A stretch of DNA of 64,000 bases from Candidatus Latescibacterota bacterium (GTDB lineage: Bacteria > Latescibacterota > CBDEFO01), in assembly GCA_965248755.1 (NCBI GenBank), contig OZ252149.1, forward strand, positions 1,792,001 through 1,856,000. Reading direction: 5' to 3'. Both the position numbers and the translations under genes were made by a program. The notes beneath the pieces are model-generated. The model saw only the letters and a list, made by a program, of their open reading frames with translations, was not told the DNA's origin and did no database searches. How positions within the stretch are numbered: the first letter of the stretch is position 1; every line of letters starts with the position of its first letter. This document shows, piece after piece, positions 50,527 through 60,767 of the stretch.

Positions 50527-51879
50527 TCAGAGACGGGTAGCTTCCACCGAGACGACCGAGTCCTGAAGTCTCCTCAACTCCAGAAGCTCAGAGTCGGGCA
50601 CTTCCACATCGTCGAAGGTCACCATGTCATCTTCTGATATCTCGCGGGTCACAACTGCTCCCTGAGACAGTCCTATCGGCAGCAGTTTTTCTTCCCTGGC
50701 TACGGTGGCCTTCTCAAGGAGACCGTACACAGAGTAGCCGCCCTCGCCATCCAGGACCGTACCGGCGGGAATGGTCTTCTTGGCAGCTGCAACTACCTCG
50801 GCGAACTGACCGATGGGTGTCCCGCAGGTCTGGCCGTTCAAGATCATACGGGCGACGCTTACGGGCATCTCGTGGCCGATCCAGTGCTGCGGCCTGTAGA
50901 TCATAGCGTAGCCGCTGCGCTGGCCGATAATCATTCCGATAATCTCGCCGTACGAACTGAGAGATTCCATGATGAAGGGCGTCTGGCCATCGACCACGCA
51001 GTAGAGCCCTCCCCGCAGGTCCCTTTCGACGGCTACGTCGTTTGAGTCAATGGAGCTGACCGCTTCCACGATACCCTCCTGTCCCAGAATGCCTCCCTTA
51101 TCCTGGTGGGAGAGTATATCCGGTATATCCCTGAGATCTGACGTTGGGAAGTGCATGCCGCGAATATCTGGTACCAAACCGGTCATATTCGCGAGGGCCG
51201 CCATCTCGATGGCGTGTTTGGTGCCGTCCAGGAATGAGCCGAACATCTGGGCGTTGTAATCCTGGCCGGAAAAACCGTATATCTTGGCCACGTCGTCGGG
51301 GGTTGCCTTTCTGAAAGCGGTCTTAAAACGAGTGCCTTTGCCAGCAGCAATCACCCTGAAACCGAGGGTACGTGCCCAGTCCCAGAGCTCGAAGGCGATA
51401 GCCGGCTCATCGCCGTAGGCTGCCCCGTAGAGGACGCCTGCATCGTCCGCCAGTCTTTTCAGTTGATATCCCACGACCACATCCGCCTCTACCGTAACCA
51501 TGACGATGTGCTTGCGCTGTTCAATCGCATATCGGGCGTGCGAGGCGCCTGCTTCGACACTGCCTGTCGCTTCAATCACCACGTCCACTGCGCTCTCCAT
51601 CATCGCCCGGGCGCTCATGGTGACTGCGGGGCGTCCTGAAGCGATGGCCGCATCTATGTCTTCGGGGAACTCAGCCATCACTACCTGATCACTTGCAACG
51701 CCGCCGTGACCGTAAGCACGCAGGGCCTTTTCTGTGTCGAGTTCTGCTATGGCAGCCAGGCGCATCCCCGCAGCGTGGGCCATCTGGGCTGCGATCTGTG
51801 AGCCGAAGGTCCCGGCGGCGATCAACCCGACCTGGATGGTGTCGCCTCGCTCTTCGAGATCCCGTAATCTGTGATACAT
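50527..51879 (-). CDS. NAD(P)-dependent oxidoreductase with C-terminal SAF domain (homoserine-dehydrogenase-like)
   Basis: VEADVVVG, GDEP, AAGKG, SFLDGTK, AAKK..GTVLDGEGGY. Confidence 0.85.
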   Translation of the reverse strand: MYHRLRDLEERGDTIQVGLIAAGTFGSQIAAQMAHAAGMRLAAIAELDTEKALRAYGHGGVASDQVVMAEFPEDIDAAIASGRPAVTMSARAMMESAVDVVIEATGSVEAGASHARYAIEQRKHIVMVTVEADVVVGYQLKRLADDAGVLYGAAYGDEPAIAFELWDWARTLGFRVIAAGKGTRFKTAFRKATPDDVAKIYGFSGQDYNAQMFGSFLDGTKHAIEMAALANMTGLVPDIRGMHFPTSDLRDIPDILSHQDKGGILGQEGIVEAVSSIDSNDVAVERDLRGGLYCVVDGQTPFIMESLSSYGEIIGMIIGQRSGYAMIYRPQHWIGHEMPVSVARMILNGQTCGTPIGQFAEVVAAAKKTIPAGTVLDGEGGYSVYGLLEKATVAREEKLLPIGLSQGAVVTREISEDDMVTFDDVEVPDSELLELRRLQDSVVSVEATRL

Positions 51880-51931
51880 ATAAGCAGACCCCTAATTCAG
51901 TAATTCGTTTCCTTAGTTGTCAGGAAGTCGC

Positions 51932-52750
51932 TCATTCTCGACCGGCTTCCCCGATATCGCGCTCGATACCTCTATTGTAGTCGAACCTGGGCTTGGCGCC
52001 CGGGGCCTCAACTATTTTGAAGTTCCGGGGCGATTCCTCCCAGGCGGATTGACACTCGAAACCCCAGAGCCGGCGCAGCAGCGGCGTGGCGTTTTCTACC
52101 ACTTCTTTTGGTGTCGAGCGCGTGTGGTCGCAGAACGGCCGCGTGGTGCTGCGGCAACAGAACCCTAAAATGGCATAGCGTATCTCGTCGGTGGTGTTAG
52201 GACCACCCCCGTGGATCATGCGGTTTTCGTAGACCATCACGGTGCCAGGGCCGCAGATGAAAAGGCGCTCCTCCTCGGCAGACACAGACTCGGGGTCGAT
52301 ATCTCTGATATGCGATCCGGGAACCAGACGCGTGGCCCCGTTTTCAGCCGTGAACTCGGACAGCGTAATGACCGACTGCGCGGCCATAGGAAGCACAGTG
52401 TGCACATTGTACGGCGGATTCGGCACAAATGGCCCGCCGTCCCGATGCAGCTTCTGGGCCGCCATTCCGGGCATGGGCGAACGAGCGCTCATATCCGAGA
52501 GGATATAATCCTGGCCCATTAGGTACTCCATGCAGGCGACCAGCTTGGGCAACTGGATGATTTCCCGAAATATCTCCGCACGCGCAGTCAGGTTGTTAGT
52601 CCGTTTGGTACCCGGTTCATGGGACGAGATGTGCTCCTCCTCGTAGCTTTCTTTGAGGACCTCGATGGCCTCCTCAACCTGACGAGGTGTCAGCAGATCC
52701 TCCAGCAGGGTGTAGCCCTGTTCGTCCAGTTCGCGGAAATGTCTCTCCAT
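51932..52750 (-). CDS. Phytanoyl-CoA dioxygenase (PhyH) family protein
   Basis: LHRD, NGATRLVPGSH, HGGGPN..R. Confidence 0.9.
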   Translation of the reverse strand: MERHFRELDEQGYTLLEDLLTPRQVEEAIEVLKESYEEEHISSHEPGTKRTNNLTARAEIFREIIQLPKLVACMEYLMGQDYILSDMSARSPMPGMAAQKLHRDGGPFVPNPPYNVHTVLPMAAQSVITLSEFTAENGATRLVPGSHIRDIDPESVSAEEERLFICGPGTVMVYENRMIHGGGPNTTDEIRYAILGFCCRSTTRPFCDHTRSTPKEVVENATPLLRRLWGFECQSAWEESPRNFKIVEAPGAKPRFDYNRGIERDIGEAGRE

Positions 52751-52787
52751 CTTTCTCCAAATCTCCTTCTGGTCTGTCTCTTTGAAT

Positions 52788-53102
52788 TTACTCTATCTCT
52801 TCGACTCTTATGTACTGCACCGAATTGGTAGTCAGCCAGATCAGGAAATCCTCCTGTTCCTCACTTATCTCTACCTCTGTCTTGTTTTCCACATCGAGGG
52901 GAGAGACCACGTAGAACACTCCCTCCTCCAGCCAATTTTCCGCATCGCTCAGGCGAATCCAGCACTCGTTTTCCTTCAGAGGCGGTACGTCAGGGTCCTC
53001 TGAAGAGGCTACGAAATAAGGCAGTTGCAACTTTAAGGCGTGGGATATCTTATAGAACTCGACGTTATCCTTGTCAGCGGGATAGACCCTGTAATGCGCC
53101 AT
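52788..53102 (-). CDS. Hypothetical protein
   Basis: GGAG RBS, 104 aa, acidic; SPLD..TEVEISEEQE. Confidence 0.7.
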   Translation of the reverse strand: MAHYRVYPADKDNVEFYKISHALKLQLPYFVASSEDPDVPPLKENECWIRLSDAENWLEEGVFYVVSPLDVENKTEVEISEEQEDFLIWLTTNSVQYIRVEEIE

Positions 53103-53202
53103 GATGTCTCCCTCTCCTAACCGAAATCATCTCAAAATTGTCAATTATATTGTCAACTATTATGTGTGAAGGCCTATTTGTGGAAACTACTCATATGGAC
53201 TC

Positions 53203-54717
53203 TTATGTGTGGGCGCTGCGGTAATGCTCCTTCAGCGCTCTTCTCTGGACTTTCCCTACGGGGTTCTTGGGCAAGCTGGGCAAGAAGTGAATCTGCTCGG
53301 GAACTTTATGAGCCGCGATCCGCTCCTTGGCAAATTCAATCAATTCTGCCTCGGTAGCCGATACCCGTTCCTTCCTGGCGACATACGCGACCACGACCTC
53401 GCCCCATGTTTCATCCGGGATACCGATAACCCCGGCTTCAGCCACCGCCGGGTGCTGGTAGAGAACGGCTTCGACTTCCTGCGGCGAGATGTTGGAGCCG
53501 CCTCGGACGATGAGTTCCTTCTTGCGCCCAGCGAACCAGTAGTAGCCTTCGGCATCTTGCTTGACGAGATCCCCGGTATACAGCCACCCCTCGCGCAGAC
53601 TCTCAGCGGTGGCCTCGGGATTGTTCCAGTAGCCGATCGTATTTCCCGGAGACTTGACCGTCAGCTCGCCCACTTCTCCGGGTATCACTTCCTTGCCGGC
53701 CGCATCCACCACGCTCAACAGGACGGCCTCTAAAGGCACCCCGATGGATCCCGGGCGGATTTTCCCAGGGGGGTTCCAGGTGATCGGACAGCTTTCGGCC
53801 ATGGCCAAGAACTCGTGCAGAGGTAGAGAAAAGGAACGCATAAATTGCTCCTGCAAAACCGTGGGGACCGAGTCGCCGGCCGCGAAAAAGAGCATGTCGG
53901 GACAGATATCATAGGGGGTTGCCGTTTGGCATTCCACCAGAGCGTTGCACTGGACCGGCATGGCAAACGTGAAGGTGCACCGGTGTCGGTCAAAGGTCTG
54001 CAAAATCGTCTGGGGGTCACTTCCGGTGGGGAGAACCAGTGTGGCGCCGCAGGTGAGGGCGGGAAGCATCACAAAAATGAAACCAGCTGCATGGGTCATC
54101 GGCGTTAGCACCGCCGCCACCCGCTCACGAGACATCCCCATCTGTTCCATCAGGCCAATCATGTAGTGCAGCGTTTCGTGGGTGTGTGTGACCCCTTTGG
54201 GCCGTGCGGTCGTCCCCGAGGTGTAGAGGATGGCGGCCACCTGGCCGGGCTCCACGGCCGGCCATTCTACCGTTCCGGAGGAGGCAGTCAACAGATTCTG
54301 GAACGCACCGGTGTCTGGGAACTGGCTGTCGCCCGTCACATAGCACTGGTGTAACTGCGGCAGGTGCGGTCGGATCGAAAGGACCTTCTGATACAAGTCC
54401 GGCTGACCGATGTAAAACCGGGCTTCGCTGTGCTGTAGGAAGTATTCGATCTCCGACGGCCCCATGCGTTCATTGATCGGCACCGCAATGGCGCCGGCCT
54501 TGAAGCATCCATAGTAGCCGAAAACAAGTTCCGGACAATTGCTCATGTGGAATGCAACGCGATCCCCCGGCTCCAACCCTTGCGCGAGCAAGTTGGTGGC
54601 TAACCGGTCGGTCAGGGTGTCGACTTCGGCATACGTCCAGGCGTTCTCTCCAAAGATCAACGCCGTTTTTTCTGGATGGTGCACGTGTCCATCGCGTAGG
54701 AAACTGCCCAGTGTCAT
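53203..54717 (-). CDS. AMP-dependent acyl-CoA synthetase
   Basis: YTSGTTARPKG, GWLYTGD, GRKKELIVRGG, LPKNPVGK. Confidence 0.93.
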   Translation of the reverse strand: MTLGSFLRDGHVHHPEKTALIFGENAWTYAEVDTLTDRLATNLLAQGLEPGDRVAFHMSNCPELVFGYYGCFKAGAIAVPINERMGPSEIEYFLQHSEARFYIGQPDLYQKVLSIRPHLPQLHQCYVTGDSQFPDTGAFQNLLTASSGTVEWPAVEPGQVAAILYTSGTTARPKGVTHTHETLHYMIGLMEQMGMSRERVAAVLTPMTHAAGFIFVMLPALTCGATLVLPTGSDPQTILQTFDRHRCTFTFAMPVQCNALVECQTATPYDICPDMLFFAAGDSVPTVLQEQFMRSFSLPLHEFLAMAESCPITWNPPGKIRPGSIGVPLEAVLLSVVDAAGKEVIPGEVGELTVKSPGNTIGYWNNPEATAESLREGWLYTGDLVKQDAEGYYWFAGRKKELIVRGGSNISPQEVEAVLYQHPAVAEAGVIGIPDETWGEVVVAYVARKERVSATEAELIEFAKERIAAHKVPEQIHFLPSLPKNPVGKVQRRALKEHYRSAHT

Positions 54718-54929
54718 CGGTCAGTCCTTTCTTCCATTGTATATGACATCTTTTTGATATTTAGGCTAACACAAACCTAATATTTATCCGCCATTTATCA
54801 GTCTTATTTATTGTAATATAACATGCTCTGGTGACTTTGACAACCATTTTTCGGGTCTAATATGGGGAATGGGGGCTAAATATACTTAATTAGCTCATTG
54901 AGGTCAAGTGTCCGTCTGCGAAATTATGA

Positions 54930-54958
54930 TTGACAGGACAATAAGGAAAATATATATT
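54930..54958 (+). promoter_or_regulatory. Sigma70 promoter
   Basis: TTGACA-N17-TATATT. Confidence 0.7.
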
Positions 54959-55006
54959 CAAGTTGTATTTCTCAAACACATATTTTGGATGATAAGGAGG
55001 ACTCAG

Positions 55007-55228
55007 ATGGATCTGAATTTGATCCAAGATTCCCCGGATTGGAATGTAGGGGATACTCGTCAGGCAACGGAAAAGGACTTAGACCGTTTCTATCTGAACG
55101 ACCAGTACGATTCCTACTCACAGGAGTATCTTTTAGATGGGATGATATGGAAGATAGCAACTAAAATAGTAAACTCCGATCGGACGACTGAATATACACT
55201 GGTGTGCACAGGTGTTCAAGGCGAATAG
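55007..55228 (+). CDS. Hypothetical 73-aa protein
   Basis: AAGGAGG RBS and own promoter; MDLNLIQDSPDW... Confidence 0.65.
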   Translation: MDLNLIQDSPDWNVGDTRQATEKDLDRFYLNDQYDSYSQEYLLDGMIWKIATKIVNSDRTTEYTLVCTGVQGE

Positions 55229-55403
55229 AAATTCAGATCGCATAACTTAGTAAACAGATGGTCGCAGCTGGATCGCGATCTATACAACTGCCGAACCCTA
55301 AAGATAATACAGCGAAGGATCCAACCTCAGAATATACCAAAAGGTTGGGATTTAGGGCGCGGGAGCCCGGCTCCTCTGGGAAATCTTATAGGCGTTGCAA
55401 AAC

Positions 55404-55642
55404 ATGGACGGATTCTCAAGCCTGGGTAAGATGCTAATGATCGTCGGGGGACTGCTGTTCCTATTCGGACTTTTTATAGTCTATGCCGATAAGATACCTC
55501 TCATAGGTAAGCTTCCGGGAGACATCTTCCGGGAGACATAAAGATAGAGAAAAGGAATTTTACACTTTATTTTCCCATCGTGACCTGCATCCTCTTAAGC
55601 ATCATCATCTCATTAATATTGAACCTGTTCTCAAGAAAATAG
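55404..55642 (+). pseudogene. DUF2905 small membrane protein frameshifted by a 14-bp tandem duplication
   Basis: ..GKLPGDI|KIEKRNFTLYFPIVTCILLSII; CTTCCGGGAGACAT is repeated at 55512-55525 and 55526-55539. Confidence 0.85.
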
Positions 55643-55665
55643 CTTCAACTCTCCTGAAGATTCTG

Positions 55666-55811
55666 GATCGGCCAGTTCGAATCCGAAGACCTGCCAGTAG
55701 AAGTAGAGTTCACTATCGAGGACGCGCTTTATGTTCCGGGCGCTTTGGAGGCCCTGCAGTTCGCCCTCGAACGGGACGCATTCCATGGGGAATCCTTTCC
55801 GGCGCAGAACC
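55666..55811 (-). repeat. Degenerate duplicate of the S9 peptidase 3' region (60800-60945)
   Basis: 146-bp gap-free alignment; VPFEGELQG..NIKRVLDSELYFY versus [22 protein letters not shown]. Confidence 0.85.
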
Positions 55812-55964
55812 TATATGGATCGGGACTTAATGGGGTTTGGGTGGTAAATACGATTGGGACCAGTCCAGTTCAGCTTACCAGTGGGACATAGTACACCCTC
55901 AGAGCTGAAGATCGCAAATGACCCTCCAGTCTGGACTGGTCCCCGTAGCTTTCCAGATCAGCCG

Positions 55965-57938
55965 TCAAAAATATCCGAGGCCATTTCCGGTCATCCCTGT
56001 GAAATAGTCTATTACCAGCCACATCCCCGCAACAATTACCTGCCCCAAAATCAATCCCAGGAAAAACGGCCTTGTCTTTCTATACAGCAGCGATCCACCA
56101 TACTTGAGAATAATCGTCTTAAAGAGCCACGCCAAAAATACAGAAAACCAGACCCAATTCATAATATTGAACGTGCTGGTGGCAAACCCCAGAGGGTGTA
56201 CAGGCCACCACAAAAACCGATACCTGGCAAACGTCAAGAGACCCATTAGAAGAGCACCTATAGCCGTGAATATCCAACCTCCTATATTCGCCGCGACGGG
56301 CTCGGCCAATTTAGGGGCTATATGCCTGAAAGCAAATTGGGGAACAGCGATGAAAAAGTGTGAGTGGAGATTGATCCCGCCGTGCTTATAGGACATATTC
56401 ATAATCTCCCATATAGACCCGGCTATAGTAACCACCACTGCTAATGCCACTGCCCAAATTAAAGGTCTTTTACTCCCCTTTATCTCCTCTGCTAATTTCA
56501 GCGCATTGGCAAAACAGGGCATGAAGAAGATGCGAATGTTGGCGCTCCAGACATACGTGAATGCTAAACCTACCAGTCCGGACGATCCCAAAACAGTGGT
56601 CCCCAATCCAGAAATGACGAAGTCTGAGGGCATTATGGGCGTCCTGATGACCGATGCACCTCCCTCTATCACCGCTCTGGTTATGGCTGTAAATATAACA
56701 AAGACTGCAAATAAGAATATGGGCACGATCCAGAGGGGAAGACCCGATTTCCAAAACCAGATGCTCATAAGAACAAGCCCGATCAAAAGCCCAATAACAG
56801 CTGTTCGATAAGATAACACCTCCCCTGAATCATCTACATCCGGGTCTCCCCTGAAGGCCTTCCTGAACACATCTTTAAGATGTCCTCTGGCTACCCATAG
56901 CCCTGACAACACCAACATTATCATAGCTCCCATCGTCTGATGCGCAAAGTAAGGACCGACCGAATTTGCAAATCTGCTCAAATTCTCTGTGCTCTCAAAC
57001 CCAATCATTCTGAATATGCCCTTTTCTGCTATCAACAGAAGAAAAAAGAGCCAGAATCCCAATGCAATGTCGCGATTCAAAAGATACGCAAATCCGATAA
57101 GCGGTACGTTTAGATAGAGGAGAAGCCATGTAGTATTCCTGAACAGCGACAGACTGGTGTATGTGACGATATTCGGGATGAAAGGGAAGTAATGGTGCAA
57201 GGCATTGACATTTTCTATCATAAAGGGAATGGCAAAACCGGCCCACATAATCGGATTCTTAAAGAGAGGTTTGATAAGGGAGCCCCTCTCATCGTCCTGT
57301 ATCATCTCCAGGGGGACCTGAACCAAAGGATAGAGCAACCTTTCTCTCTCCATCCACTGCTTCCTCAAAATTATCATCACACATATCATCACAAAATAGA
57401 GCGTGACAATAAACAGACACCAGTAAAATATCGGCTCAAACCACTCGTTCCAGGGCACAGACTGGCCTTCAGGAAGACCCTCATAGAAATACCTTATTGC
57501 ATCCGGATCCTTGGGTGTTATCCACTCTGGCACATTGGGATGAATAAGAATTTCCCAGTTGTTCTCAGGCGTGGCAAAATAGTAAAGGCCAATGATGATA
57601 GGCAGGACATGTTCAGAAAATCCGATGGTGGGTATTGCTGTTGCGATCATCACCATAATATAGACTGTGGCTAACTCTGGACGGCTGAGGGCAAAGCTCC
57701 TTCTCAGGGCGCCTAAAATCACGTTGACGATCCCAACCAAGATGAAGAAGACAAACAGGGCGGCGGGAGTGCTGAAATTATGGGCAAGATATGTCCCCTT
57801 GATAATCATATTGGTATAGGGAACAGCAATACCTATAAAGAGTGATAACAGCGCTCCGATGAAAACAGCCCTGAACGTAATATCTGAACCTTTAGTTGGT
57901 TGTCCGTCGGATGGAGTCTGTCTTTGTGTTGAGATCAT
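55965..57938 (-). CDS. DUF6785/DUF6784 polytopic membrane protein (OPT-like), copy A
   Basis: RKQWMERERLLYPL, WWPVHPLGF, ILKYGG..PFFLGLILG. Confidence 0.8.
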   Translation of the reverse strand: MISTQRQTPSDGQPTKGSDITFRAVFIGALLSLFIGIAVPYTNMIIKGTYLAHNFSTPAALFVFFILVGIVNVILGALRRSFALSRPELATVYIMVMIATAIPTIGFSEHVLPIIIGLYYFATPENNWEILIHPNVPEWITPKDPDAIRYFYEGLPEGQSVPWNEWFEPIFYWCLFIVTLYFVMICVMIILRKQWMERERLLYPLVQVPLEMIQDDERGSLIKPLFKNPIMWAGFAIPFMIENVNALHHYFPFIPNIVTYTSLSLFRNTTWLLLYLNVPLIGFAYLLNRDIALGFWLFFLLLIAEKGIFRMIGFESTENLSRFANSVGPYFAHQTMGAMIMLVLSGLWVARGHLKDVFRKAFRGDPDVDDSGEVLSYRTAVIGLLIGLVLMSIWFWKSGLPLWIVPIFLFAVFVIFTAITRAVIEGGASVIRTPIMPSDFVISGLGTTVLGSSGLVGLAFTYVWSANIRIFFMPCFANALKLAEEIKGSKRPLIWAVALAVVVTIAGSIWEIMNMSYKHGGINLHSHFFIAVPQFAFRHIAPKLAEPVAANIGGWIFTAIGALLMGLLTFARYRFLWWPVHPLGFATSTFNIMNWVWFSVFLAWLFKTIILKYGGSLLYRKTRPFFLGLILGQVIVAGMWLVIDYFTGMTGNGLGYF

Positions 57939-58150
57939 TTCAAAAAAGGTGAATCCTGAAGCAGGGCGAATCGTCTCCTGCAGAAAAGAGCGGCGGAAAA
58001 CTCCCGAATTTACATGGCTTAGTCATCACGGCTGTGGCTTGTTGTTCGGAGAAATAGATCTCTCTGTGTGCCAGCAGGAAGAGATCTATCTAGTGGGGAA
58101 AAAATCGACGAACAGTCTGGACTGGTCCCCGTAGCTTTCCAGACCAGCCC

Positions 58151-60139
58151 TCAAAAATATCCAAGGCCATTTTCGGTCATCCCTGTGAAAAAGTCTATTA
58201 CCAACCACATCCCCGCAACAAATACCGCCCCCAAAATCAATCCCAGGAAGAAGGGCCTCGTCCTTCTATACAACAGCGAGCCACCATATTTAAGAATTAC
58301 CGTCTTGAAGAGCCACGCCAAAAACACAGAAAACCAGACCCAATTCATAATATAGAAGGTGCTGGTGGCAAATCCGAGAGGGTGTACAGGCCACCACAAA
58401 AACCGATACCTGACAAAAGTCAAGAGACCCATTAGCAGAGCGCCGATAGCCGTAAAGACCCATCCCCCAATATTCACCGCGACAGGATCGGCAAATTTAG
58501 GGGCTATATACCTGAAAGCATTTTGAGGAACAGCGATGAACCAGAAGTCGTGGAGATTGATCCCTCCGTGCTCGTGAGATATTCTCATAATTTCCCATAT
58601 AGACCCTGCTAAGGTGACTGCTATAGCTACTGCAACTGCCCAAATTAAAGGTCTTTTACTCCCCTTTATCTCCTCTGCTAACTTCAGCGCATTGGCAAAA
58701 CAGGGCATAAAGAAGATGCGGATATTGGCGCTCCAAACATACGTAAAGGCTAAAGCTACCAGCCCGGACGATCCCAAAACACTCGTCCCCAATCCCGAAA
58801 CGACGAAGTCTGAGGGCATTATGGGCGACCTGATGACCGACGCACCTCCCTCTATCACCGCTCTGGTTACGGCTGTAAATATAATAAAGACTGCAAATAA
58901 GAATATAGGCACGATCCAGAGGGGGAAACCCGATTTCCAGAGCCAGATGCTCATAAGAATAAGCCCAATCAAAAGCCCAAAAACGGCTGTTCGATACGAT
59001 AGCACCTCCCCTGAATCATCTACATCTGGGTCTCCCCTGAAGGCTTTCCTGAATACATCTTTAAGATGTCCTCTGGCTACCCATAGCCCTGAGAGCACTA
59101 ACACTATCATAGCTCCCATCGTCTGATGCGCAAGGTAGGGACCGACCAACTCCGCAAACCTGCTCAAATCCTCTGTGCTCTGAAAGCCAATAATTCTGAA
59201 TGTGCCCCTTTCTAGTAGCGTCAGAAGAAAAAAGAGCCAGAATCCTAATGCAATGTCGCGATTCAAAAGATACGCAAATCCGATAAGCGGTACGTTGAAA
59301 AAGAGGTTCAGCCCTATAGTATTCCTGAACAGCGACAGACTAGTGCCTATATCAATACGCGGGATGATAGGGAAGTAACTGTGCAAGGCATTGACATTCT
59401 CTATCATAAAGGGAATGGCAAAACCGACCCACATAATCGGATTCTTAAAGAGAGGTTTGATAAGGGAGCCCCTCTCATCGTCCTGTATCATCTCCAGGGG
59501 GACCTGAACCAAAGGATAGAGCAACCTTTCTCTCTCCATCCACTGCTTCCTCAAAATTATCATCACACATATCATCACAAAATAGAGCGTGACAATAAAC
59601 AGACACCAGTAAAATATCGGCTCAAACCATTCGTTCCAAGGCACAGACTGGCCTTCAGGAAGTCCCTCATAGAAATACCTTATTGCATCCGGATCCTTGG
59701 GTGTTATCCACTCTGGCACATTGGGGTGAATAAGAATTTCCCAGTCGTTCTCAGGCGTGGCAAAATAGTAAAGGCCAATGATGATAGGTAGGACATGTTC
59801 GGAAAATCCGATGGTGGGTATAGCTGTTGCGATCATCACCATAATATAGACTGTGGCTAACTCTGAACGGCTGAGGGCAAAGCTCCTTCGCAGAGCGCCT
59901 AAAATCACGTTGATGATCCCAACCAAGATGAAGAAGACAAACAGGGCGGCGGGAGTGCTGAAATTATGAGCAAGATATGTCCCCTTGATAATCATATTGG
60001 TATAGGGAACAGCAATACCTATAAAGAGTGATAACAGCGCTCCGATAAAAACAGACCTGAACGTAACACCTGAAGATTTAGTTGCTTGTGCGTCGGATAG
60101 AGTCTGTCTTTGTGTTGAGATCATTTCAAGAATTGTCAT
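58151..60139 (-). CDS. DUF6785/DUF6784 polytopic membrane protein, copy B
   Basis: Tandem paralog of copy A with long identical blocks. Confidence 0.8.
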   Translation of the reverse strand: MTILEMISTQRQTLSDAQATKSSGVTFRSVFIGALLSLFIGIAVPYTNMIIKGTYLAHNFSTPAALFVFFILVGIINVILGALRRSFALSRSELATVYIMVMIATAIPTIGFSEHVLPIIIGLYYFATPENDWEILIHPNVPEWITPKDPDAIRYFYEGLPEGQSVPWNEWFEPIFYWCLFIVTLYFVMICVMIILRKQWMERERLLYPLVQVPLEMIQDDERGSLIKPLFKNPIMWVGFAIPFMIENVNALHSYFPIIPRIDIGTSLSLFRNTIGLNLFFNVPLIGFAYLLNRDIALGFWLFFLLTLLERGTFRIIGFQSTEDLSRFAELVGPYLAHQTMGAMIVLVLSGLWVARGHLKDVFRKAFRGDPDVDDSGEVLSYRTAVFGLLIGLILMSIWLWKSGFPLWIVPIFLFAVFIIFTAVTRAVIEGGASVIRSPIMPSDFVVSGLGTSVLGSSGLVALAFTYVWSANIRIFFMPCFANALKLAEEIKGSKRPLIWAVAVAIAVTLAGSIWEIMRISHEHGGINLHDFWFIAVPQNAFRYIAPKFADPVAVNIGGWVFTAIGALLMGLLTFVRYRFLWWPVHPLGFATSTFYIMNWVWFSVFLAWLFKTVILKYGGSLLYRRTRPFFLGLILGAVFVAGMWLVIDFFTGMTENGLGYF

Positions 60140-60444
60140 TCCCGTGCAAACGGGAATCCAGGGATGCCATGAAACCCTATTACCTGAAGATGGATCCTGA
60201 AGCAGACCGAATCGTCTCCTGCAGAAAAGCGCGCCAGAAAGCTACGTATAATCGCAGGGATGAACCCTCCCCGATTGAATCCATCGGGGATCAATCATTC
60301 GGGGGCAGGCCTCCCCCGATCGGCCCAAGATCGACAATATAGGGAGAACCTTGTACGAGGGATTTTTATCCTAATTTCCACTAACACACTTCAAGAGGAC
60401 TTTCCGCGTGCAATCAAAGAGAAAATCCTGCAGGTGAGGAAAAC

Positions 60445-60760
60445 TTATGTCTTCCACTCCTCAAGCCACTTATACTTCTCCGGCAGGTATGCTCCCTGGG
60501 ACTGCTCCGCTGCTTGTGCATAGATCTGCAAAAGCCGCACGTCCGACGCACATAACCCATCACCCTGCCTCGCTCCTACGTTCTCCACAACCTCATCTAT
60601 AGCATTCATCGCTGGGATCGTGCTGGAAATCTCCTTGGTCCCCAAGATAAACCTCAATGCCGCCTGAGGGAGACTTGCCTCGACGCCCTTCAGCTCCACT
60701 ATGAGGGGATCGGAGGGTTGCAATTTCAGCAAAGCTCCTCTCTTTAAAGGAATTGCACAG
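60445..60760 (-). pseudogene. 3' fragment of an aldo/keto reductase
   Basis: PLKRGAL..LPQAALRFILG..ISSTIPAMN..EVVENV; no N-terminus. Confidence 0.6.
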
Positions 60761-60767
60761 AACTGTC

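Noticed and set aside
50441..50527. Possible riboswitch upstream of yqeC
   Set aside because: Only a partial GGCAAAC/GACGC resemblance; no convincing Moco or c-di-GMP structure
60219..60237. Sigma54-like TGGCGCGCTTTTCTGC upstream of DUF6785 copy B
   Set aside because: GG-to-GC spacing is off by one and the GG is absent in copy A
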